Assembly: GCA_045837725.1 (NCBI GenBank)
Contig: JBEWZL010000101.1
Span: forward strand, 248,001-312,000
Direction: 5' to 3'
Source of the DNA: Vermamoeba vermiformis
Lineage: Eukaryota
Length of the DNA: 64,000 nt
The notes beneath the pieces were generated by a model that worked only from the letters and a program-made list of their open reading frames with translations, was not told where the DNA came from and did no database searches. Each line of letters begins with the position of its first letter. Within the stretch, counting starts at the first letter, position 1. Positions 11,121 to 23,204 of this stretch are shown here, in pieces. Position numbers and translations under genes: made by a program.

Positions 11121-13239
11121 ATGGGTAACGCGCAACAATTTAATGTGCAGCAGTTGGAGCAGAACTCTGCTTTCAGCCGCGAAGAGCTTACTAAAACCTT
11201 CGAGCAATTCAAGAAGAAATACTCCAACGGCAAAATGACGAGGTGCGGATAATATTTATGTTAATTATTAATGTCGTTATAGATGAAGATCATATTCAGG
11301 ATTTGATTTACGCTTTCGGTTTATTTTAACCGTTTTTTTTATTTTTTTAGAGATGAGTTTGTCAACGAGTTGTCCGCAAGAGGTGGAACTAAGGAATATT
11401 GGGCCTCGGTGTTCCAAATTTTTGATACCTCAGGAGATGGTAATTTTTGATTCTTTTCGAAATTTAATCCGGTGTCACCCCATCCCAGCTGTATCCTGAT
11501 GTACTCTTTTGAAATAGGCACGATTGATTTCGAAGAATTTATTCTTGGCATGAGTATGATCAACCAAGGACCCATCGAAGATAAACTTGGATTTGCTTTC
11601 AAGCTCTACGATACCGACGGCAACGGAATTCTAGACCCTAATGAAATTGATCGCTTGGTTCGCGGCATTTTCAAAGTGTCAACCAACCTTGCCCAACATG
11701 GCGTTTCATCACCTCAAGAAATGTTCGAGCAGATGGATCAAAACGGAGATGGAGAGATTACTTTGCCTGAATTTATCGAAGCCTGCAAAGAAAATCCCGC
11801 CATTATCAATGCTATTGATAGCGCATTGTTGTCGGCTATTGAAAGTACGTATCTTTGACTAAATACTAGAATTCGAGATTTTTACGATGTTCCGCAGTTC
11901 AATCACAAGCAGGCAACATTGAAAGATTCGGCAATCAAGCTGCTGGCCATGGCGGTGATAAAGGTTTGCTTAAGGTACGTACGCCGTCATTTAATAGGCC
12001 ACTTCAGATCTGACCTGTTGCTTATTAACAGGATGGCAAGACAATTTACAAACACTTCAGTGATCGTGAATTCGAAATGTACGAAGCATTCAAAAAGTAC
12101 CCGAGTATCACCAACGCAGGAATTATTCCTTCCTACCACGGACGTACTCGTATTGAGAGCCAGAAGGTCAAGGGCGAATACGACCGTAAGTTAACTATAA
12201 CCTCCGTCGTACACTAGCAAGACCATCTTTATTAACGAGTCATTGCAGATTACATCATCCTCGAGGACTTGACTCAAGGCATGAAGAAGCCATCCATTTG
12301 CGACTTGAAGATGGGTCGTCAGACGTACGAGAGTGACGCCAACTTGAAAAAGAAGTTCGAACAAAAGGCAGTCGACACGATCTCCACGAGCAGCAAACTT
12401 GGCTTCAGAATTTGCGGCATGAGAATTTATCAGTGCACCAATCAGAGCTACATTGTCCGTGACAAGCCTTGGGGCTCACGTGTGAAGGACGGCGACATGG
12501 AAAAGTAAGCAGAGGGCTCATATAATTTCTTGTCCGTACACCTCCTAACCCACGTACAGCGCCTTGAAGTCGTTCATGGAGAACGGTCATCGTTTGAGAT
12601 ACGAGATTGCACGCGCGTTCTTGCCCAAGTTGAAACAGATCCTCGCCTACTTCGAGACACAAAAGGACTTCCGATTTGTTGGCAGTTCGATTCTTTTGAT
12701 CTACGAAGGTATTGATGAAGGCGAGACTACAACACCTAGCGTCAATGTCAGGTACGTAGCAATGAGAGCTAAACGAGCGGACCTAACCCTTGATCCTTCA
12801 CAGAATGGTCGACTTTGCTCACACTAAAGAGCTTGCTGAGTCTGAAAAGGACTTGGATGAGGACTACTTGTACGGCCTGCGAACTCTCATTCGCTTTATT
12901 GAGTCTGTAAGTACACAGCTCGTCGTTATAGTACGCGTGTCTCACTGCTTATTTCAGATCATTCTTGAAGGCGAACAACACAAAGAAGGTGCTCCTCACG
13001 TGTTCGAAGAGGCTACGTTCAAGAAATTCACGTACTGCAAGTACTGCTCGCAATTCATTTGGGGTTTGAGCAAGCAAGGTGAGTTACGCGTCCGGTGGCT
13101 TTATCTACACAGATTCTAAACTTACTTAGGCTACGGCTGCACTACATGCAAGTACTCCGTGCACAAGAAGTGTCTCAAACTCGTGCCAAAGAACTGCCCT
13201 GGAACCAACCTGAAGAAAGCCTCATCGAAGACCAACTAA
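11121..13239 (+). CDS. Fusion protein: NCS/recoverin-like EF-hands + inositol polyphosphate kinase + C-terminal C1 domain
   Basis: MGNAQQ start. EF loops DTSGDGTIDFEE, DTDGNGILDPNE and DQNGDGEITLPE. IPK motifs QAAGH, PSICDLKMG, SSILL and MVDFAH. C1 domain HVFEEATFKKFTYCKYCSQFIWGLSKQGYGCTTCKYSVHKKCLKLVPKNC. The EF-to-kinase junctions and the junction within the C1 domain were checked and are in frame. Confidence 0.85.
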
Positions 13240-13373
13240 GTCACGTTATCTACACATACGCGTGTAGACTTTCTGTAGTTTTAACCCATCGAGGAAATGA
13301 ATGTTTTTAATTTTATTGCAAATTCAAACTTTCTTTACAGCGTGACAGGCACGGTTGAAGGAGTTCGAGTTCA

Positions 13374-14268
13374 TTACAAAGCTAACAAGGCGACAAGGCT
13401 GCCGACAGAGATCGACAAGGCAACTGAACCGGATGATTTTTTGACGGGCGTGTTGGAAGGAGTTGCAGCTGCAGGAGTGTTTGATCCAGTGGGTGAAGAA
13501 CTGCCAGTGGGTGTGTCTGCAATAGGTGCACCAGGCACAGGAACATTGCAAATAGCTTTCGAAACAGTACCGGCATTGACATCGCTCGTGCAAGCGCTTG
13601 TAGGCTGTCCGTCATACCTATAAAAACCAGTCAACTATTTATCTACTGCTCAAATGCGATGACGATCATACGGGCAATCCCAAACGTCGTTAAATTCCTG
13701 GACATTGACATCTCCAGCGATGCAACCGCTCATGTATAAGCTGTATTTCTTATAAGCTTGAGTATTGCTTGTCCGTAGAAGATACACTTGGGAGGCGATA
13801 CTGCAAAAAGAGGTCAGAGGATTTTCGTCTGAACATGTTCAAGCTATGCTTACCAGCGTAAACCTTGGCCGTAGTATCATTCAAGGTGTCGCAAGTGATA
13901 CCATCACCTGCAGTGAAGTAATAGCTCCAGTCAGTCCGACGATCGGCTTGATTTTGTTCAGCAAGGCCAGTCTTAACGTCGTAGTACTGGCCATTTTGTG
14001 TTGCGGTGCATCCGGTCACGATTATATTATCCTATTTCCAAGATAAGTAAATTGTCGGTTGAAAATGTTTTCTATCAGATAAGATAGCTTTGCGAGGTAA
14101 TAGCGATCGACTTACGTAAGCGTAAAAGGGGTAAGGGAGCCAGATATATCCAATGAGTTGAGCTTCGGCGCAAGTGCTGCTAGTATAAACTCCCAAGCGA
14201 GTCGCGGATCTGGCCATGCCAACGAGCAGCAAGATAGTCGCCACCAAAGTAATAGATTTCATCGTCAT
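13374..14268 (-). CDS. Secreted, probably GPI-anchored Cys-containing surface protein (multi-exon)
   Basis: Signal peptide MKSITLVATILLLVGMARS, a Cys-containing core, a Pro/Thr/Ser stalk and hydrophobic C-terminus SSGSVALSISVGSLVALLAL. Confidence 0.75.
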
Positions 14269-14824
14269 TTGTGGTTGTAGTGCTCTGAAAGAATGAAACA
14301 AATAAACCTAAAATTGTTGGCACACTTTATGGCTTGCCCATAGCTTGCAAAACTGACCTTAAAAGGAAAATCTCAATGTTTATACATTGAGGCCGTTGCG
14401 TTGTGGATTACTATGGTCATGATAATGGTATGATAAAAAACGTACTTATTCAAGATAAATCATTATCTAGCCTAATACGTAGCTCCAACCGGAGTTGAGT
14501 GCATAGCCACGCGACGTAATATTAAAGTATGGAAGAAAAAAACAATCAATAACATACCGTGACCTGAACCCTTTTATCTACTAGCATTGATATAAGATAC
14601 ATGAATAACTGCTGGCATCACTTTCTAAAAAAACCGAATTCTATATTTGGTAAATTTAGGACTTTTTAGCCAATCCGGTGTAAGGGGCAAACGCTTTAAG
14701 CTATGCACTAAATGTATGTCTCCTCGTCGTGGAGTGTATTAAGCGTATTGAGTAAACGTCATTACTTGTCTCGAAGTGAAGCATTTGGCCGTCAGTTTAC
14801 TTCATTTCCCTGCTTAATAACACG

Positions 14825-17594
14825 ATGGATGATCGAATGTCCGACCAAGACAGCTGGCGAGGAGGTCGCGGAGGTGGTGATGGAGGTCGCGGAGGTCGAG
14901 GCCGAGGAGGTCGAGGTCGTGGATTCCAAGGACGAGGTGGACGTGGAGGAGATCGAGGTTAGAATAATTTAGAAAATTGGAAAAAAATTTACTATATGCT
15001 ACTACAACAACATATTGCAATTGCACGAACGAATTCTGATAAAAATTAATTATTAGGCGGATTTCGCGGCAGAGGAGGAGATCGAGGACGAGGAGGTCGT
15101 GGTGGCTTCAGAAATAATAACAATGGCGACCAAATGACTGACGAAGATCGAGGAGGCCAAAGATATGGTAAATTAATATTATCAAAATTAATACCGAATT
15201 TTTCTTTAATTCAATCTGCTTTTAGAGGTTGGTAGTGGCAAGCAGCACCATGACAATATCAAAACTCGTGGATTTAATGCGGATAGATCTTTCGAACGTA
15301 AAGGTACGGCAAAACGCGAGCGTCAAGCCGGTCTTTGGAATTGGCGGTAATTATTCTAATTTTATTATTATCAATAGACAGAACTCGTCGCACTTATAAC
15401 AGAGGTCGTGGTCGACCAATGGGCGGTGATGGCATGAACACAGACGATAGAGTTGCTGGTGAAGGTGGCAGTGGTCCTAACAACAACAATCAAGGAATGC
15501 AATTTGACAACGAGACTATCAAGCTCGAAGTGAGTGGATTCGATCAAAACATGAGTATGAACGATGTCATTGGCTTCCTCACGAGCAAGAAACAATTCCA
15601 GTACAGAGAGGTAATGGCTGGCACGTGACACCGTTACTTGAAGTGACCGACTAACACGTGTCATACAGGTCGAACAAGGCTACGACAACTATCGCAAACA
15701 ACCAACTCTTGTTTTCACTTTTGAACGTCGTTCTGATGCGCTAACAGTCAAGCAGCTCTCTGGCATTAAACTTAACAACAAGAAGGCACGCACTTTGATA
15801 CATATTACGTGAAGCCGGTCACTAACATTACAACATTTAGTTATTCGTGAAATTCCTCGGTACTAAAGGACCCAATGCCAATCAAGTTCTCTCGCCGCAA
15901 ATGCAGTCACAGATGTTGCACAAAGTCATTTCAGCACATTTCCATACTGAGGCCAAGTTGCTCAATTTGAACTCCATCAACCTCGAGCAAGCACAGATTT
16001 ACATTGACTTCAACAACCCAGCGCACATGCGGAACTTGATGCGTGTCATTAAAGAGACGTGCCCTGGAGTCAAGTCGGTAGGATTGGCCAACAATCAAAT
16101 CAGAACTCTCAGTGGCTTTGCTCAACTTGCACAATTCGCACCGGAACTAGAGAACTTGAGCTTCGAGCACAATGTTATCGATAACATCAAAGAACTAGAC
16201 AACTTGAAGGAGATCAAGCTGCGAGAGCTCATCTTCAAGGACAACCCTATCACTGCCAATCCGATGTACAGAACGTAAGTGCATTGTAAAACCTAATTGA
16301 GATACATAGCTAACACGTGTCGTAGTGAGGTCTCGGTCAGATTCCCAACACTAAAGTATCTCGACAAAGAAAAAGTGCAGCCTTTGATTGAGTTCAACGT
16401 ACCTGAACTAGCACAAACAGTCGTCATTCCTCCCATCAAACCCGATAGCTATTACGATGATGCTTCACGCAAAGACTTTGCAATTAACTTCCTCAAGAAG
16501 TACGTGCACACACTATTAATTAGAGACCATTAAAATTAACATCGTTGCAGGTTCATTGAAATTTACGACTCGGGCAACAGAGACGCGTTGTTGGAAGTCT
16601 ACGTTGACGACTCAATTTTCTCGCTGACAGCTGCCAACAGCTCTTCAGTGTCGTCGTTCAAACAGTTTAAAAAGGGCAACAAAGACTCGCTGCAAGAGTA
16701 CATCGTGAACAGCAGAAACTTGATCAAGGTCACTGATGCAGGTACGTGATAATAGAGTCATTGCTGCTAAGTCTCGTGCTCAATCACTTTGCAGAACAAC
16801 GAGGACAAAAGATCGCTAAGGGTCGCTTGGACATTGTTCACTTCTTGAAGAGTTTGCCGCACACTATGCACGACTTGAACTCGTTCGTGTTAGACGTCTT
16901 TTTGATCAAAAACACACCGCCCACAGTACCAGTACGCAACTCAAAAATATCATTCCAATGCACACGTGCTAATGTCTGTCTAGTTATTGAGTGTCACGCT
17001 GCACGGTCACTTCTGGGAGAAGAAAGGACTTGCTGAAGGTATCAACAGGAGCTTTGATCGCACTTTCATTCTTGCGCCATCACAGTCAGCCTCAAAGTAA
17101 GTCAATCATAATCACAGCTAGTCGTAATAACACACCACTAGGGCTGCACAAATGGGCTGGCCTGCGGTGATTGTGAACGAGATGTACAATGTGAAGGCTT
17201 ACTTGGGCACATCTAAGCCCGCAGATCAACCGCAAACACCAGCTGTTGTCGCGCCGTTGATGCCAACAGCACCTACCACACTTGCTGCGACTAGCTTGGC
17301 CCCGCAACCAGGATTGGACGTAAGTGTACACTTAGTTAGTCCAAATGTACTTAAGCGTAACACATATCTGTAGGATGTGAAGAAGGGTCTCGTTGAGAAA
17401 TTGATGTTTATCACCAAGTTGAAACAATTCTTCGCCATTCAATGCTTAGAACAAGTCAAGTGGAACTACGAAGCTGCTCTCAACTTGTATTATGAAGCCG
17501 AAGTAAGTGTTGACCATCAATGATTATGGCATACTAACTAACAATGTTACAGAAAAGCGGTCGTATCTCGCGGGAGATGAAGTTGGACGGATAG
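14825..17594 (+). CDS. NXF1: Nuclear mRNA export factor NXF1/TAP/Mex67-like (multi-exon)
   Basis: RGG-rich N-terminus, RRM-like region, LRR (LANNQIRTL, LSFEHNVI, LIFKDNPI), NTF2-like domain (SLPHTMHD, RSFDRTFIL, IVNEM) and C-terminal TAP-C/UBA (CLEQVKWNYEAAL). Confidence 0.88.
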
Positions 17595-17641
17595 ATCCGA
17601 AACCACATTGTACTGAAAATAAACATGTAAATCTGATTCAA

Positions 17642-18874
17642 CTAGCTCTCGTCCATTTTATGCAATGTTTGATTGTACAAGTCCTTAAAGTGCGCTACAA
17701 AGTCAAAGCTGATGCCAGGATATTTAAACTCCGCAATAATTACTGTCCAAATTTCTACGGGAAGAATGTCGAGCACCTGTTTGTTGCGAATAAGACCGCG
17801 TATAAATATAACCGAATTAAAGTAATTATCGCTCTGAAGCGCCCTGTTGCGTGCTGTAATCTCTTCCAGCTCTTGAATTAACTTGGCGTTGTAATTGTCC
17901 GTCGCATTGCTGTCGGTGACTTGCAGGCTCACGATTGAATAATTTTCGCGCATACATTCCACAAACTTGCTCAGCCGCTCTTCGTCGAAGTAATTGTACA
18001 ACATCCATAACTCGCGTAGTGATCGATGTCCTACTATTGCTTCAGAGATGGGATCTAGTTGCTGTTTAATGCCAGCGAGATTTAAATTGAGATATTCTAA
18101 GCTTTGATTCAGCTTCAAAAGTGCGCCTAATTCATCGGTCTTGAATGAATTTCCAAACAAGCTGAGTTGTTTTAAGGTCGTGTTTGTCTTGAGAACTTCG
18201 AATAGATCTTTGCAGTCGGTGATAAAGCACTGCGTTAAGTCCAGATATGCAATCGTCTTATTGACTTTCAACAGATCTGCTATCATCTTGCATCCTTCGT
18301 TTCCAAAATAACTTTGATTAAGATCGACATAAGTAATAGATGTATTATTCATTAGACCTTCGCAAATATAAGGCAACTGGTCTGCCATGAATTCTGTGCG
18401 GAAAAATTGAAGGTTTTTGAATGTAGCCAATTTCAACGCCTCGCGCAGGATCTTGAGTCCTTCTTGCTCCATTGGCCCAGTAATGCTTAGAATAGGGATC
18501 GTATGAATATTCGTTATCAATTCTGCGCAGTATGAATCTAATACACAGTCTTTTGCGGTGCAAAACGATAGCTCTTTCAGATCGTGCTGACATTTTGAAA
18601 TTGCATCGAGTAGCAACGCCACACGGTTCGCAGTGAGCTTAACTTCGCTTAATTCAACTGATATTTCCAGAATCTCCGCAGGGATATCAAAGGGCTCTTC
18701 CGAGCTAAATACAATCGGCAAAAAATTCCTATTTTTACTAAATTAAATAAATGGCACAAATAAATCAGGTAACAAGGTACTTCAAGATAAGAATTATCAT
18801 AGATAGAGACAAAATATTTGATGAGAAAACTAAAATTTAAATATTTGAGTTTGCTGAACCCACCTGCGATTCAT
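17642..18874 (-). CDS. Ribonuclease-inhibitor-type leucine-rich repeat protein
   Basis: Repeats such as NTSITYVDLNQSYFGNEG, NKTIAYLDL and NTTLKQLSLFGN. A tiny first exon (ATG AAT CGC AG, from 18874) splices in frame to the long exon at 18728. Confidence 0.8.
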
Positions 18875-19213
18875 TCTTCGGGTGCTATTAATGCTAAAGA
18901 CAATATGTAGAATCAGGAATACCGCTATAGTTGTCTAGCTCTTTTCAGACAGAAAACAAAAATCAACCGCGTGTGACCAACGTGGATTCCGTATGAGACC
19001 AGAACGTTAGACGAAGCGAGACATACCTCGTGTCCTGTCTAATATGGGACCCTCAACCGAGTCGTGACTTAACGGCCGTATAACTATAAACTTGAACTTT
19101 CCAGACCAACACCAAAAATAGTAGTCACGCGATCGGATCAGATCATATCAACACAACTCTTTCGTATCTTCTTTTAATAAGCACGATCTCTTAGCAGCGA
19201 TTTAACATTTAGA

Positions 19214-20770
19214 ATGGCAAGCTGGGTAACTGCGATCTTGTCATCTGTCTTGGCAGGCGGAGTAGCAATTAGTAAGTATTTTTTTAATTATAACACCATT
19301 AATATATTTACTACGGACGAAATACCGATCGAAATATGACAATTCTGTCGAGATAATTATTTCTGATCGTCAATCAACGGCATCTGCGATGGTCAAAAGC
19401 ACTTTTTTAAGCCAGTTTATATTAGCCCTTATTTATACATAATATTGACGTAATTTTTAGCATCAACAGTGGCGATCGAAAAGTTGGGCGGAAATGTCGG
19501 TGGCGTTATTGCGTGAGTTCAATTATATCAATACGATTATTAGCCCCTTACAGCTCAATTAGCTCTTCACCCACTACGATCGTGCCTGCAAGTATTGGCA
19601 TTGCTATTCTCTCGCCTGAACGGATCGGCGAGGCCATGTTTTCAATTCCCGCAGTGATGGTACGCTAATTAGGTCTTAATCTCGCACCGCTTATTGATCT
19701 TTACTATATTAGGTAATGAACGCACTATTTTTGTACTTGTGGCGCGTTATTCCGCCGTGCTTGCCGAGCGGCTGCAAGTTCGGCCACAAATTGAGCGCGA
19801 TGGTCGGAATTTCGCTGGGAATTTGGTTCTCCATTGCCCTGACCTACCTCGTGATCATCAGATACGGCTTTCACAACAATTACACTGCAATTCAAGTCGT
19901 GGCAGCCCTCGCCATGGCTTCGCAGTTGACATTTGGCCTCGTGGCGGTGTTCAAACAGAAGCGCAGTGCTCCCAAGGGCAAGAACAAAGTGGGACTGGGC
20001 ACATTGCTCAGCAGAGGTACACAGCGCTGTCACGTGACTGGAGCTCCGTGACACGTGAAAAATATTCGTGACACGTGTCATTGGAGCAATAGCAACACCG
20101 CGTTCATGAACCCCTCACGTACCTAACCCGTTCTCGTTTTGACACTTTTGACAGGTCTGTTAGCAGCAGTGGCTGTGTTCCTCGCAGTGTTGATTTCTAA
20201 GATCAACGGCCTCGCTGCTGGTCTAGCCACTTCATTTCCAGGTAATTATGGTGATGTGTAGCCCTACAATATGCATCAAATAACAGTATGATATCAATCA
20301 GCTATCTTCACGACTACGATGATCAGTCTGTGGATCAGTCAAGGTGAAAATGTCACATCCGGAGCAGTCGGACCAATGATGCTCGGATCATTCTCCGTGC
20401 CTGTAGTAAGTGCCCTAATGACCACATCTCAATCACGCAATTGATTAAACTCTTTTTTTCACAGTTTGCAGTCGCCATGTCACAACTGGCCCCCGCACTC
20501 GGAGCATTCCTTGGCGCACTAGTGTCGTACATCATCGCGATTGTCACGTGCTCTATTCCCATCGCATTCATCTTGAAGAAGTTAGAGTCGCGCTACACGC
20601 AGCTGGCCCCTGAAGAGGACAAGAAAGGCGAGGCTGTCAACGGACATGAAGAAGAGTTAGCGGCCAGAACTGTGCCTGAAATTGTCAACGGTGTCGAGCA
20701 CGTGACTGACGGCGATGCAGCAGTGACACCACTCGAAGAGGAGATTGGCGACAGGGAGCACAAAGACTAG
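19214..20770 (+). CDS. Polytopic membrane protein with a two-fold internal repeat (multi-exon)
   Basis: Many hydrophobic helices, repeated motifs AIEKLGGNVGGVIASSPTT and LISKINGLAAGLATSFPAIF, and an acidic C-terminal tail. Confidence 0.7.
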
Positions 20771-20968
20771 GTGAGCGGATCCAAATTGGATTGAAATTCA
20801 TACCCACCGAACTGGAGTTGATGGCAATCTCCTGTTTGCACCAAAGACATGCCGGTATAATATGAGTCATGCCTACAATATTACGCAGCACTTCGAGTGA
20901 CTCGATCTCAAATCCACAGAATTGTAACAAACAACTAAAAAGAGTTGCTTTGTCTTCATTGATACTAA

Positions 20969-22089
20969 TTACAACTTGGAGCTGACCAAAGTAGTGTGAC
21001 CAGTAGCGAGGACTTTATGAGCAGGCCATCTATAATACCATCGGTTATTACTTTGAGGGCGGATCTAATTGATCGTTACCTGGCGGGATTAGGAGCGCTA
21101 TAAACCATATCTTGCCATACTTTCAATTTATTCTCACCAGTCATGAAAAATACGTGGTCTTGAGCGGGCACAACGACCTTGTAAGTGGTGGTAATGCGAT
21201 CTCGAACGGCGAATTGTTCAGTGGTTGTGTGCAACACCAAACTAATTCAAAGACATCAATATGAGTATAAATAAGCATATATAGACTATACTTACGCTCC
21301 TTGATCGGCTTTTTCGATGTCTTGAGGGTTGGCAGGGAACAACGAGGCGAAGTGACCGTCGTCTCCGAGACCGAGCACTGCGACCATGGGCCAGGCATTA
21401 GGACCACTCACCCATGCGCCTAAACGAGCCTCAAAGTCTTTAATGCATTCAGCCTATTAAATGAAATGAGTTTAAGTAACATTGCCATCGGATCCAGTAC
21501 GCGCGACTTACCAAAGGTAAAGCAGTGTTGGGAGCCAAGAAATTATCGTGCGGGATGCTCTTGTTAGTCAATAAGGTATCAGTAACCAATTTAGTGTTGC
21601 TGTCCTTGTGATCTGGAGCAATGTAGCTGATCCGAGAAATTAGAACTTCATTTGAGCTTATTACTTTTACTTACCGCTCGTCAATTAAAAATACTTTGAC
21701 TTTAGTCCAGTCAATGCCTTGTTCGTTAGCCAAACGGGCATAAATAGGACGAGGAGTGGATCCTGAGAAAAATTTTCAATACAACAGCCAGATCTGAAAG
21801 TCATTGAGAAATCATGGCATTAAATATTGTATTATTATCTTAATTAATTGTGGCAGATTAAATTTCGCAGACAATTTTTCGCGAAGAAAAAATACTGCAA
21901 AATATCTCTGGATGCAAGTCTATAATTACAGCAATTAATTCAATAATATTTTAACTTACCACCACTCAGACCCAACAAACTGCCGCCGTGCTTGCTAATA
22001 TTATCGACAAGTCTGTCTTTCAAAAATGTCGAAGCAGCTTGAATAAAGGCTTCGTTAGTCGGCGCGGCAATGTGACGGTATTGAAACAT
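20969..22089 (-). CDS. 6-phosphogluconolactonase ending in SKL (multi-exon)
   Basis: LGLSGGSTP, VFLIDERY, DSN, LGLGDDGHFASLFP, RIT and TGENK motifs. The last exon reads WPAHKVLATGHTTLVSSKL-stop. Confidence 0.88.
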
Positions 22090-22305
22090 GAGTATAGAGG
22101 TGTGTTATATATTAATTGTGCTAGTTGATTGAAACACAAATAAAATCTGGCCGCTTTTTCGTTTCTAGAACTTTCGATCTGTTGCGCCTCATTTTTCATT
22201 CCAACAATTCAATTTGAACAATTAGAAGCGATATACGAAGTGCTCGAATATCGATCTTATATTATTAATAAATCAATACACTGCGTATTTAAAAAGAAAA
22301 TATCA

Positions 22306-23067
22306 ATGAGCACAAAACGATCGTGTAAGTCAAATATTTATTTAAAAATTACCAACACAATATTGTACAATATATGAATATGTATTACCTCGTATTGCAC
22401 AATAGGAATTTATTTGCTTTTTTCGATATTTTTTCGAAACAATAATTTAATAGGCAACCAATAATATGATATTGACGATCTAATAGTAGGAGTATGGTAC
22501 TCATTCGGTGCTGGATTTTGTGCCGCGATGGCTTCAGTATTCGGCAAATTAGCAATGAACGCAGATGCAGCACACGTACTCGCTGCTCATTATTTGAGCG
22601 AAGAAATTGCCGAAAATGTACAAATAATGAATTTTAATACTAATATGTTACATATCTAGCTATTTGTCAGTACTAAACAGTATTTTATTCAGATCGGATT
22701 GACAGTACGCGTGATCTGTTTCGGATGTATCTTTCTAAGCAACGCAATCATGTTCAATTTGTTCGCTAAGGCCATGGACTTGCTAGGCACTGTACAAGCA
22801 CTCGTCATCAATACTGCCACGAATTTCTTTACCTCAGTAAGTATTCAAAGCCACATCCGTTACTCTTTGCCAATCACTACCTTAGCTCATATTAATACTC
22901 AAACATTATAGGCTGTCTTAGGACTGTTATTATTCGCAGAGCCATTAGGCTGGCGATGGTGGCTCGGCTCTACATTCATATTATTCGGCGTGTACTTGAT
23001 GAACATTGGCACGCAGAAAGCTGAACTGGAGAAAGAAAAGAATAATAAGACTAAGAAACAAGAATAG
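22306..23067 (+). CDS. TMEM42-like (EamA/DMT-type) small membrane protein (4 exons)
   Basis: AGFCAAMASVFGKLA, NAIMFNLFAKAM, NTATNFFTS and GLLLFAEPLGWRWWLGSTFILFG. Confidence 0.75.
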
Positions 23068-23204
23068 AGATGTATTATAATATTTGATTGACGTAATCTG
23101 TACAATACCTTTCAATAAAACAAAAACTTTTTGTAAGTACATCCGCTCGTTAGGATAGACAAACCATGCATTGATTATAGTCTTAATATTATTTAATATT
23201 ACAT

